A stretch of 64,000 nucleotides of DNA from Eledone cirrhosa (lineage: Eukaryota). The DNA lies in contig OZ024742.1 of the NCBI GenBank assembly GCA_964016885.1, positions 85,064,001-85,128,000 of the forward strand. The letters run 5' to 3'. Numbering within the stretch: position 1 is the stretch's first letter; every line of letters begins with the position of its first letter. Both the position numbers and the translations under genes were made by a program. Positions 39,476-53,400 of this stretch are shown here, piece by piece. The notes beneath the pieces were generated by a model that did no database searches, was not told the origin of the DNA, and saw only the letters and a program-made list of their open reading frames with translations.

Positions 39476-39480
<5 letters not shown>
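38703..39480. repeat. pLTR-like unit with direct and inverted terminal segments
   Basis: Direct repeat 38703-38801 and 39242-39340; inverted arms 39322-39358 and 39417-39457 around (TA)n; CTGATGA-GAT...ATC-GAAA on the minus strand at 39035-39085. Confidence 0.6.
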
Positions 39481-39519
<39 letters not shown>

Positions 39520-40087
39520 TAACACAAGAGAAGTAACATCACAAGAGCATGAGGATAGAGAAAAGCCCTCAATGCCCATATAATGATGTGCACAAATATA
39601 ATGCAGCCCAACAAAAGGACTGCCAACAACTTCCAGGCCTGGAACAATGACGTGCCAGCGTTGTATGGGCTTCGAAAAGACCATAAAACGAGCAGTGACC
39701 CTGTCACAGGACCACCAACACGGCCAGTCTGTCGAGCTAACATTGCTAGTAACTACAGACTGTCCTACTTCCTCTCCCTGATCATACGCCCCATCATTGA
39801 AATGTCCCCAGATGTATGTGACAGCACGGAGGACTTCCTCAGCAGAATCGGCGAGAGTAACCTATCTAGGTACCTAACAAACTGCATAATAGGTAGTATG
39901 GGTGTTGTGTCCCTGTATCCATCTATTGACGTGGATTTTGCTGTGGATAAATGCGTAGAAATGATCAGTGAGAGTAATGTTGAATTCCGCGGGATTGATA
40001 CCAGTGAGCTGGGACTCCTACTTAAACTTACCTATAGTAATAATTATCTAGACACATATGACCTTAGCAACATGTGCCCTACAAGAC
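39520..40087 (+). pseudogene. Naiad-like Penelope RT N-terminal fragment
   Basis: VPALYGLRKDHK, GPPTRPVC, CDSTEDFL and IIGSMGVVSLYPSID. Confidence 0.8.
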
Positions 40088-40760
40088 TGAGTAGCCCAAT
40101 TTGCATATCGATCCGTAGTGTCTAGCAACCACCGTAGTGTCTAGCAACCTTTGTCAGTGTTGAACAAACGAGCAACGATGGTTGCTAGACACTACGGCTT
40201 AATACGGGATGTTTGTTTACAAACACACCGAGCATTATAATAAATGTTCGGTGAATCCATACGTACATATATATATGTGTATGCATATATGTATATATAT
40301 ATACATACTACTGTACGTCTGCATACATATATGTATGTGCGTGTACATACTTAGATTTAAGTAACAGTCGTACTAAGAGTTTTAAATGAAATTTCGTTTC
40401 ATTTTTTCCGTTCATCGTTTTCGGTGTACCCGGACGATTAACCCACTCGATATGCAAATTGGGCTACTCAGCCGTTAATATGCATATGGTCAGTATATAC
40501 GTTCAACAATCTGGCAGGAAGGTATACGTTGCTGACGATAGCTAATAAGCTCGAAACTAGTACAGCATTCCTTTGTCAGTGTTGAACAAACGAGCAACGA
40601 TGGTTGCTAGACACTACGGCTTAATACGGGATGTTTGTTTACAAACACAACGAGCATTATAATAAATGTTCGGTGAATCCATACGTTCATATATATATAT
40701 ATATATGTGCATGTATGTATATATATATACATACTACTGTACGTCTGTATACATATATGT
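40088..40760 (+). mobile_element. Tandem ~422-bp unit with hammerhead and inverted 5' fragments (retrozyme / pLTR-like)
   Basis: CCTTTGTCAGTGTTGAAC recurs at 40148 and 40570; 40088-40148 consists of reverse complements of internal segments. Confidence 0.75.
40528..40566 (+). ncRNA. Minimal type I hammerhead ribozyme
   Basis: GTTG-CTGACGA-tAGCT aata AGCTc-GAAA-CTAG-TA-CAGC with a palindromic CTAG loop; the first stem II pair is mismatched. Confidence 0.78.
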
Positions 40761-43700
40761 GTACATATATATATGTATATTACATCTATGTATATATTTA
40801 TATATATGCATATAATATGTATCTGGTATGCTTAAAGCGAGAAAGAAAATTCGAATTTAATTTATATATATATTTGTATATACAATTGGAAATAGCTAGA
40901 TCACCCCAAAACGTTATTGTGTATAAACCTCTAGTATTTGGTTGTTTACGCAGTTTTATCCAGATTTCTTAAACTAACTAGAACCTACGACCACATTGTA
41001 ATCTGTACATTCTACCTATAAACACGGCACACAAACTTACACCCATATATATCGCAAAGGATTTTGCAAAACCTTTGTAAGTTTAAATTTGGCGCCGGCA
41101 AGGCAGCACTTCTTTGATAACAAAGTTACCACCAAATGAGCCGTAAGTACACAAATGTAATAAGAAAATATGTAATTAATTTTGCCAGTCTTGCTTTTAC
41201 CTCTTGGAAACTGAGTTAGATTTCGAGAATTAGTAACTTGACACTTTAGGGCCAGTGATCTTCTTCCACCCTATACTACTAGCAAGCCGTGTACCCCACC
41301 CATTCGATACCCCGTGCCAACGTGTGCTCACCATATGTTTTCCTTATGCCGGGCAGCCAACATCCGGTTACATATCATTGCAAGCATATCACAAATAATA
41401 AATCATATACCATTATCCCCAAATACCTGTCTGATGACAACATATGGATTAATTGTTACATAACGAATGTATGTCCTTTAAATGTACATAACAGGATGAT
41501 GTATTAAACTGTAGCTGTATGCTTGATACAGTATGTCTTCCTTTTCATAATATTGTAACTCTGTTTGATACCATATATGCACTACCACATGGTGCATATT
41601 TAGTGTAGTGCTTACGTCTCATTGCACGATAATCGGTCCATTGTTTGATAAACCAAAACTGATCACTTACAATTTCTAAGTCAATAATGCTTTCGAAATT
41701 ACCAGACTATTATTTCAAAGTGATGGAATTTGAAAGATATCGTCGGATATACACGTATTATCTACATTCCCCACTCTTTAGACATAATCTCAAGGTAATT
41801 GGAATCTGCTATGCTGCTAGGGTATCAATGAAGTATTTCATACAATTTCATCTCTTAATTAAGATGATGAAGTATTTATATTGAAACCAATCATTTAAGG
41901 TCATGCACATGGAAAATATGATAGAATATCATTTACTTTAGTATTTTTCATGGCAACTGTTGTGGCGGCGATGAAATATAATGCCAACTTGTGGCTTCAT
42001 TGTTTCTTACATATATCCATACGGATACACGTAATGTATCCGAGTATAGCCACTTCTTCTCACAAAAAATAACAAAACTAAAACACTACATTCATATATG
42101 CACGATTGTGTACAAATTTGATGGTTCTCCAATTGTGTCGGAGGATAATTCTAACTGTCTTCTATTAAATAGACCAATCAAAATCTATTTAATCATATGC
42201 CTTAGAATAGGAGTTTGAAATGTGATATAAATAGGAGCAGACTAATTCAATCCTGTTATAGTTTATGTAAATTATAACATACTATGTATAGCTATCAGGT
42301 AATATTTTCTTTGTGAATTTGAAAGTGATCAACCGACATCGGATGATACTTTTTATTATTCAGAATACATTGATGTCGAATTCTATTTTGTCTGATTGTG
42401 AAAAATAAGTGAGTGCGACCACCCCACTCATTAAATTCTCACAGTTCCTTTGCACAAGGATTTCGTGACCGAATCAGACCCTGAACATGATGACCAGTCC
42501 ATCTTTCGAGCGTGAGACTACACTGTTGAATGGGAAGGATTTGCCGCTTGAGGTGTAGAACTGAACGTCCACCCAATTGTAATTATCCGGGTTGATTTTT
42601 ACTAACGTCAAAGTTTCATAATCCTGTTAGTAGTTGCCGAACATTTCGATTACCAAAATGTTCGAAACATCACGGTGAAATTGTATACATATGCTAACAC
42701 ATCCCTTCCACGCTCTAGTTCGAGCACAATGCCGTTCAACAGTTCCAGCTTCCGCATTGATCGCTCGAGAGTCAGGTCTTACTGTAGTGACGAAAAGGTG
42801 TTTCTTGACTGACCGAATGCGTGATGTGAAATTATCACTATAAATGACCCTTTACATCGAAACAGAACCTAGGGGCGAGAAAAAATTGTCTTGAGAACAG
42901 TCACCACATACGGATGATCGACCATATAGAAATATTTCGATTGATCAGAGACCACCCGAAGCCTGGTTTTCTCCTTACCCTATTATTTGGCGTAGCGATT
43001 GAGGTAGATTATGTTATGTATAGGCCTGATATCGCTCTCCTTGCGCTTCTGTAACTAGATTTGTTACGACAAGCAGCAACGTCTTAACTATAACGTTGGC
43101 AACGATCTTAAATACTTTAGAAGTTATGGGCCACAATTTATTAAATATTTCCCACTATCTCGTCTATCCTCATCGTTAACTGATAAACGGAAATAAAGCA
43201 ACAATTTCAAAACATAATCTATAAATACATAATCAATCTAAACATAATTATGAATAAAATAATGCAAATGTTTTACTGTGAAATTATCGAACATTTCTAG
43301 AAACACTATATTTATCATAAAGCTTAAATCCATAAATCGCTATTATTCATAATTTAATCAAATTTTGAGGATATAATTCTGCCTCGAAGCAGGAACAATG
43401 CTATACTATTATTTCCCTATTATAATATGGAGTCTAATTTCGGAGTTGGTATTTAAATATTCTTAAAAAATGAATAATGATGTATCAGGTTTGTGTTTGA
43501 GAAATGTTGAGTAAATCACGGACACGGGGAATGTTTTGATAAAATTCTTTTTTGTCATCAGTTAAGCGGGCCGCAAGCACACATAAGAACATACTGATCA
43601 ATAAATCATTATTTATAAATGCACGCTTGGGTAGTGTTATTGAACAAATCTTTTGTTGCCAAAATGTCAGTGTTATAATTTTCAGGTTTATAATACACCT

Positions 43701-46700
43701 ATTAATAATGCAATGTTGGCATTCCTCTAGGCTAGAAATAAACAAATTATTTGGTTAAACAAAGGAAATGATATGCATGAAATTGTTCGTAGAACGTTCG
43801 TAAACATTTAAACATGGTAATATTAAAATATTGATTTAAATCGGTGTTTGTACCTCACAACTTAAAAATGTGTTAATGTTCTCAGTGAAAAGAAAAAAAA
43901 ACTTCCGGTAGATGTAGATAGAGGTTAACTAATATAAGTCACAGCACAAATCAAGAAATATCAAATACCTATTATTCAGGTAGAAGTTGTTGAATCTATC
44001 TGATACAACGTACATTTTCACATTAGAGTACTAAAACTGTTAGCTTACAGATACAGTTGAAATGTTGATTAACAATAATTTTGAAATTGACTTTAAAATG
44101 CAAGCGTGCATATTACCAGTCTGAAGGTAACTAGCCTAAACCTCCGAATTCGTGACCGAACTTATACATTTACTAATGTAATCACTCTGCATCATATCAT
44201 GTATCAACTACTTTTTTAATTTGTCGTCTTCACAATGGATACGTTAATCTCTCATCAATGAAATTCACATAACCCGTAGAGAGATGAAAATAAAGATGAG
44301 AGACTATATCTAATTTGCGTAATGAACATGTGTGGGTGATGCTCATTTGAATATAAAAAATAGAAAATAACGACTAGAAATACTTATTTGCATACAACGC
44401 GAACATAACTCGTTACAATTAATTAGCAGTAGTACTAAAATATGAAGAATATTAGCGCACGGAAGCATATACTTACAGGTTTATATACAATAAACATATG
44501 AGCGCCTCGCTATCAACCAATATATTTTTTGTTACGAAAAATGTATTTGTCTCTCCCTTGTTATATGAACATATCACATATTTCAGAAGTTACTGATAAT
44601 ATCAGGCAGCTGTTTCATAAGTAATCAGACACTCATCGGAGACATTTACTCGAACGGCTCTGCTATGTATATAGACTAGAGCCGATGTAGATTCTGCGTA
44701 TTGAATATTTGCTAGATGTACTCATTTGCATATGCAAATAGAAAGCGTCTACTGGAAATTGTTATTTGCATACATTGCAATATGTACTGGTTATGATTTA
44801 TTGCCAGAAATACTAATTTATATATTATAGGAAACGTTCCCTCCTACAGACAATCTCTAATTCTTTTGATAATAGATGAAAACTTGAATCAAATTACATT
44901 GATATCCATCTGAAATTTAAAGGGTAATAGCTCAAATTTTAGTGGAACTCGTAAAGGGCATTCAAATTCCAACTCTAAAAACCTTTATGGATGAGATTAG
45001 TCTTTCCCGAATTCAAATGAAACATGCAGAATAATTAATCATTTAGGTTGGGCAGGGGGTGCCTCTTCTAGAGTGATATTCAAATCTTGGAGTGTGACAA
45101 GGTGGAAGGAGATTGTAGTGGTAAGAGGTGTGTTCACTAGCGAAACAAGATCTGCCAAGGGTGAGCTACGAAGCAATAACAAATCTTAGAAGTTGGTATG
45201 ACCACTTCCTGAATCTATGATAAAAGGAACCGAAACGCAAAGAACGTCAGCAGAATATCTGTTGGTAAAAAAAAAAAAAAAAATATTACTACTTCTCGAG
45301 TCAATAACATGTTTGCTATTTCAATTTCATATTAATCACACAACTTCCCCGACCACTGTTTATTTACAACACCAGAACTAATACAATATAGTACATGGGT
45401 GAAAAGTAACAGAAACGCAAGAAAATGGATTCGTATCCCACTAGGTCTCACTGATATTCTTCTCTACACTTGACATAGCAAGCTGAAGTTACCTTTCATG
45501 TCTATCGTTGTGGACGACAAAGTAGAAACTGGAAAGCTCTCGAAGATACTTGAGGACTTCCAAGACAAGATCGTGAGGTCGTTCTAGTCTAGGATGGTGA
45601 AAAGACCACAATGGCGATCCGTCCTAAGCTGAGGAGAGCCAGACAATATAAATTCCTAGAGGTAGTGCATACAATAGAGGAAAACTATATAATCAGAGAA
45701 ATAATAGGACTAAGTCAGAACAATAGGCAATCAAACTCAGACCAATTGAGGCTATAAAAATGGGATATTTATCAGAATCCCGAGGAAAGATAAAAATGAC
45801 CTTATTTTGAAGGAACCGAGAAAGCAGAAGAGCAAAGGCAGCAGCGTCAAAGTAGGACATGTGAAGGTTAACACCAGATGTGTCTCAACTTGATGAATTG
45901 TGGCATATGCCCATTATTAGAATCAACTTTATCGATCTTCTGTCCATGAATACGAAAGTACGGATGTAGGACAAATCATATAAGCCTGAGTCTCCAGTGG
46001 AACATATGATAATCTAATACTATGATAATCTAATACTAGCGTAAAGTATATAAACATGACGGCACAATAAAGTTCTTAATGAGATCATACATGTGACAAT
46101 TACATCCGAAGTAAAGTCATCTCTAAAAACCTTTTACATTACATAATTTAGCAAATGAAAGACACGAACAGATATGCAAAAAGGGGAATTAGAATAGAGA
46201 GTTCTCGATACGGCAAATGATTGAGGTTAGAATAGATCTACCACGACCAAAGATTACAAGCAAAAATCGCTTGAGACCAGACATTCTTCTACATTTGATT
46301 GACATCATCATGGTGTTTGGGAGTAGAACTGGAAATACAGAGGTGTTCAAACCGAAAAGTCTACTAGTCTGACCAACACTCTAAAGGAAACCTAATTCCA
46401 TATCAAATTTCACGTCAGAGAAATTAGATCCAGATCACTTTGTCGGCCAATCTGCCTATAATCCCATTTAATGTCCATCAGTCTCAGGGAAGAAGACGAC
46501 CAAAGCAGTGAAAGGAAGAAGAGGACCAAAACCCCGTACGGTTAAAATGCAAATCAATCTTCGATCGATATACATCTGGAGAAACGGCGTTAACAGAAGA
46601 GCAACCACGAGTCATGATCTAGAAGTGGGTCAGCCTACTTTGTGTGGAGATTTAAGAGGCAAGTCACTTGCATGAGGATCTTTTCTTTGGCGCTCTACTA

Positions 46701-46775
46701 CATTCCTACTTATCCATGAGACTTTGTTTTAATACTAGCATATTGAATCAGTGTATGACCATTTACATTTCGACT

Positions 46776-46830
<55 letters not shown>

Positions 46831-46987
46831 GAGAGAGAGAGATTCCATTAGAAAGAAATTTAAGGGGTATAAAATAATCGTTGTCACGAAAAATACATAA
46901 TAAAGAGATCAACCGAAGCAAGTCGAGGGATTGAACAAATTTCGTTCTATCTTTCTAATGTTATTCGTTATAACGGAACTGTACCTG

Positions 46988-47053
<66 letters not shown>

Positions 47054-47789
47054 TGTATATATAGTGTATTTTGCAATACACTGTATGCTTAATTAAAAGC
47101 ATTTCGAAGACCTTACGCTATTTTTTTAGAGTAGCGACAGTCTCACTTACTTTACATTTTCAGCAAACAAGGGGAGATAAAGCTGACAGAGCTCTGTTTC
47201 GTACTTTTTGTTTCTTATCAAAGCTAAGTACTCCACTTGTTTGCTGAAAATCATGAACGTGTGCTTGATACAATTAAATAGTTCTTATTGTACTTTGGTA
47301 TAGTTTCTATAGTGCCACAAGTACCTTATAGGTTTTAGATGGTGCACTTTTCCTGGGCCAGCCCTACAAATATTGCCTGTCATTGATTCAAATATAGATC
47401 CATCTCTCTCATGTTGAGGGGAATGGAGATGATATTGTCATGCGTCTTTTTGTCCAATGTAGTGGTGTATTGAAGGTTGATAAGTAGGTGATGGGTAGAA
47501 ACGATCGTATAAAGAAATAATAACAGGTACCAAAGTTTTATGAATGGTTTTAGAATTGTACACGGATACCTGTGGTGATATGATCATAGCTACTGAGCAG
47601 TGATAGGAGAGGAGGTAATTGGGATGGGGATGTATACATTGTGAGAAGAAATATTAAGGTGCAATAAGGGGAGAAGAAAATGATGGTGGAAAACTTTGGT
47701 AGAAAGTATTGCTACGTATTCTGTCCAGTAGAGGGTCTGAAAGTTGATGTGTCAGGTCGGCATATTCTTCTGGAAGGCGGGCCTTCAAA

Positions 47790-48430
47790 TTTGCAGCACA
47801 TTGTCAGTTAAAGATTCGTTTTTAATACCCCCACGATTATCTGGCTCTAAAATCTCCGAGATTTTTATGAAATTCATTCCAATCGCATCTCGTGTCCAGT
47901 CGCATATTGTGTCCAATCCAACCCATTCTACTTTTGCACCTTACATCAAATTTCTCAAACGCCAAAGTTTTCTCTCAGCTTGTTTATTATTCTTGCATAC
48001 TAACTTTGCAGCACCATGAGAACATCCACGCATAATTCCCTTCCATCTTTCGCAGGTTTTTTTCTATCAAGGTCTATAGGTCTATGTGACAATGCAATGT
48101 AGCATGAAGGTACGCTCAGAGGCAACATACATACTGTATTTCACTATAAAATAGAATCATTTGTTGTGTGCAGATGTAACAATTCCCTAAATATTTTCCT
48201 GCTTGTTCAAGACTTTCTATCACAGTTTCAGACCACGACTCCTCACTGCTTCTCTAACTTGTTTTCTTAGAGTATACTAATGGGCATCTACAGCATACAA
48301 TTCCCGTAGTGTCTGCTATTTTGCTTGCAATCACATAAACCTCTATTGTGTCTGTAAAGTACAGTCAAAAGCCGTTCATACATTCAAGATTGCAAGATAG
48401 AAGAATATATGAATATCAAACAAATAAATA

Positions 48431-48450
<20 letters not shown>
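47790..48450 (-). pseudogene. Decayed RTE-like LINE remnant
   Basis: Minus-strand GWIGHNMR motif, preceded by an HGAAK...ERKL segment resembling YGAE-W. Confidence 0.35.
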
Positions 48451-48468
<18 letters not shown>

Positions 48469-48697
48469 TATATAAGATGTGGGGGGGGGGGGGAGACAGG
48501 CAGAGAGACAAAGAGAGATTTCTGTATTTATCATTGTTGTGGTATATGTATGGCCACTGCGTTCGGTCGTTTTTCTTGATGTCTCATATTTTAACTGTTG
48601 TGTTTACCCTGGTCGGTTATGTATTAACATTGTGATTCCCTCAAACAACTCATTTAGTACCTATATGGCAGTTACAACATCGACTCATGCATAATAT

Positions 48698-48780
<83 letters not shown>

Positions 48781-50429
48781 GTGTGTATATGTATGCATGA
48801 GTACATGGATATCACCAAATGTCTATTCCCTGACGCAAGTGAGTAATAAAATAAATATCGCAGTTTGGAATTAGTTTGTCGAGTTAATAATTAAGGTGAC
48901 AAAACAATTTATTTACCCAACTATATCATGTCTTTACTTACAAACAGCCATGATGGAACAGTCAAAACTGTTAAGCTGAAAAACGATGTTAAGAATCTAA
49001 AAATAGAAACTACTCAATCTGAATATCGCGTGAATTGATTACAAAAAGTAATTTCATTGCATGTGTCATTCAGTGAAGAAAACATAATATACCAAGCAGC
49101 TGCAATATTAAGGCAGTATCTAAATCATGCCAAGTCATAATATAAAATATCGATATCACAGCACGGTAAACTGAATATAATAATAAGCAATAATATTTCC
49201 ATGAAATAATTTATATTGCCGAATATTTATCTCCAGTATTTGTCTTCATAATTCTTTCTTCGTAAAACTTGTATTGAATGGACAGCATATGAAACATAAT
49301 TTTGTGTATAATTTAAACGTTTGCGAATGAGTCATCATCCAGCTGAGAAAACGACTGAATTGTACATTTTTAGAATAATGATCGCAAAAAGTTATTTAAA
49401 ACGAAAAACAGGCGAATTAATTTGACACTGAAATTAATTTGAACGGACAACAAATCCCCAAGCAATTATTTACGAACGAATGAATGTCATGAAATAAACG
49501 AGATAATTAGAAGCATATGATAAATATGAGAGCCACGTTAAATGCTAAATATAAGATTATTTTAGGTATACATTAACATTGTAATCACAATCTACTAGAT
49601 AAATCTGTAGAATGAATTAGAAATAAATAAAAAAAACGCTAGATTGGTAATCGAAGGAAACAACTACTTGTATACCAATCATATACTCTTAACTCTGATA
49701 TAGACATACAGTTCTGGTTGATCATATACACATATCGTGCGATTAGCATATAGCGACAATGTGTTCATAAGAAAATCTAAAGATACTGAATCAAAATGAA
49801 AGAATAGTTAGGACATGAAGATAAAAACAGTGCCAATAAATTACTATGAAAAAGAAATATATATATATAAACAGTACCATATAAACCATACAGTACACAT
49901 CCTGCTGAAGGCGATAACTATCCCTTACTACAGCTCAAACAAAACAATCTCAACGCATAAAACACATCATACAGGATGAAAACCAAATAAATGAAATAAA
50001 ATAACACCATGGATACAACAATATCACTACATTTGTATTTATAAACATTATGAACGAAAAAGATTCTCGAATATATATTTAAAATTTTGCATTCAATTCT
50101 ACATTAAAAGGGAATAAAACAATTTAAACTTTCACTTAATTTTGTTAATTCATTTGCATGTCCTAGCTAGATGTATAACATACATAATGATGTTTTGTAC
50201 ATATTGCTCAAGATAAATTGGTAAATATATCTGAATGCCATATATTCAATACGCAATATAAAAGACATTCATTTCATCTGTTATATAAATATTAAGTCAA
50301 TTGCGTTCTTTTTCATTAAAAACAATTCTGGGCTACAGCTGTCCGAATGTTTATTCTACTTCCATATGCATACATTTCTACACACACATACACACACGCA
50401 TACACACACACATATATATATACTTACAT

Positions 50430-50461
<32 letters not shown>

Positions 50462-51839
50462 GTTTGTGTTAGTATCTATGCATGTATGTATATATTTGTT
50501 TATGTATATAAGAATGCATATATGTGCATGTTTCAATGTTGAATGCAGTGTTTCACTTATACGTCCCTATGTATTTGTGTTACGTATTTCTTGAAGAAAC
50601 GATGGTGAAAGTGTAGATGCTTATTTACCTATTTTGAGTTGATTGCAAATACGAAAATATGCTGCATCTATTCGTTTTTTTATGAGTCTACCTTTTTATG
50701 CAATTTTGAAATAATTTTACTATTAAGTCTTTTATTAAATAAATAATTGTGCTAAATAGTTTGTTTGCGTTATGGTTTATTATTAATATAGCTACCGTTT
50801 CCAATCAATGATTTTCCGTGAAGATTCTCTATCAGATATTTGCACTGCAAACTATATTTATCTGGAAACTTAACTATTTACAAAAAGGTTGCTTATACTA
50901 AAAACGTATGCGTCATTATATTTGAAGAAAATGCCAATTCAATTTTTCATAAATTTTAAACATAACAATAATATGTTTTAAAGACATGATTTTTTGACAG
51001 CCCGAATACATTAAGATATTCAATTATGAAAATGTCCCCACGACGAAACGTGAAAATATCTTAGCGGTTAGTTTAATTAATGATTGAGAAAGCCATAAAT
51101 ATGACATACTTTATGTTTTTAATCCTTCAATCTTCTATATTACGTACTGAAATAAGATAAAATTGTTTTGCCGCGTTTAGTCTATTAATTCATTGCGACA
51201 TTTACCAAGTCATAATTCAGTTATGAATACTTTAGTTTCAAATGAAAGTGCATATATGAACATTTTATGTCAGAAAAAATGAATATCTGAAGGACAGCTG
51301 TCACTGTGAAATGCATTGATTAGGCATTGAAAATTTCACTTAGAGATTATTATTGACAAATGGATGGATTCAAATAATATATAGTGTTTCCTGACGTCTT
51401 CATGCATTTATGTATCTGTAAGACGAAGTACCACAAAGTTCAAGTCAGTGTTTCCCGGTGCTGAACACTAGTTTTAAAGAGGAATAAAAAAAAAAAAGAT
51501 GGTGATTATAAAACGAAAGAGAGATATAGAGAGAGGCAACCGTACATACTCAGTAGAAGACAGGATGGGTGCAACAAATTTATGTATATATGGGGGTGGG
51601 TGGGTGCATATAGATATATATATATATATATACAGGGAATACAGGGAATGCGTGGGAATTAAAATTGTTGAATTGCTTTATTGATCTGTAGAAATAAACA
51701 GAAAATACAATTAACTCAATATAAGGCAACCCAAAAGCTGAAGTTAACATTAGCAGGTTAAAATCTATTTTCTGTAGAAAATGAAGTAATGCGATGAGCG
51801 TAAGTGCTCGTGTTAGTTATTTTCCTCCCTAATGTCCTA

Positions 51840-53400
51840 GTGAATTGGTGTTAGTAGAATTCAACAGTGATCCCAAGTGTTCCAATGTAGGGTGTATATT
51901 CTATCGCTGAATGTGTGCGAAAGTTTAAGGCTCGCAACTTCACATCTTGGTGTTTGATGAAGCATTATAAGAAGCAGCTACTAACAAGATTCATTAGGAC
52001 CTTTTAACCCTGATGATCTTAGCCCATAACCCTCTGCATCAATTCCATATTCTGGAAACGTCATTCCGTACTGGAACCATTAAGTAATTGGTTGGTAGGA
52101 GTGATTGATACTGAAAATAGTATGTAGCTGTTTGCTTTATCCCCTTCTCGATGATTTTCAGTGGAGAATGCATCAGAGATAGCGATATAATATTATCCAC
52201 CTCAAAGTATACCAGAGATTAACCGATGTGGATTTCTTGTGGTACTTTGACAGCAACCTCAAGAAAAAGATTCTGCTCGAAATGTTCGATTATATATCTA
52301 ACTGGATACAACTCACAGCACAAATAGATATTAATCTTACAGTTGTTTAGCATGTTCATGTATATGATAAACTGCAGGACAGACAGACTTGTACGACGCC
52401 GGCATTTCTGAGATCTTCTTAGAAATGGAATTAACAAATTGGAGATAAAGGTATCTTTATTATGATAGGCAAGATTTTATTGACATTTAAAATGTGAGAT
52501 ATAAGAAATTCAGATTGTTATACAAAATCATGGTTGAGATAGCAAGCATGAAGTTGTAGCGTGTAATGATTTTGAGGTCAAAATAAATCTATTATATGTA
52601 AATATAATAGGATAGTGAATTCCAGCATGATAAAGTTGTTGGAATAAGTTTAAGGTAGGGGTTTGTAAATGTTGCATAATAGCTATAAGAATATGTAAAA
52701 TGTCCCTTGTATCCCGAAGCCCAATTGTTTAATGTTCACATCTTGTATAATGACGTGATTGAAGTTGAGTAATTTAATATTTCTACTGGTGAAGATAAGC
52801 TTATTCATATGAGGCAATCATACGTGGCTACAAATATTTATTAAAAGCCATGTAAAGATTGTGAAATTTAATTTTATTAACAGTCTGTTCAGGCGCGTGT
52901 AAGGTATTGGGGACATAGATTCAACATAGAATCTAAACATGGTATTATGTAGATGACTGTTTCTGAAAAATGTTGAAGATAGAAGGTTGAACAATTAGGA
53001 GTAGGAGTTGTTAAGAAGAAGCAATGATTGCTCAAACTGTTAGGTAAGAATCTTCCTCAACTTTACAGTTCTAGGATCATTTATAGTTTTAGGATCATAT
53101 ATCTATTCTAGAAATATCTACTTCAACAAATGCCTAATTTCTATATCAATCCTAAGCCAAGAATTAATACAATGGCGAACTATTTGTATCTCTACAAGTC
53201 CTAGCAAACTACAAACAATATGTGGTGTTAGGTTGTTAGTATGATGATAATAGCAGCATCATGGTCGGTTAGATCGGTTACATTTTGTTGGAAATTGCTT
53301 CATATATATAACACCATTAAAGAAACATTTTAGAAAATAGTGTCCATTGTGGGGGTTTTTTTTCCTCATTTATTTCACTAGCCGTGTATAAAATTACAGT
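51840..53400 (-). pseudogene. Old, decayed APE-RT LINE (CR1/L2/Jockey-like)
   Basis: Minus-strand remnants VTDLTDHDAAII (APE end) and LGFGIQGTF (RT); many stops. Confidence 0.4.

Noticed and set aside
45400-46650. Purine-rich stretch resembling a decayed retroelement ORF
   Set aside because: No diagnostic motif could be recovered by eye.
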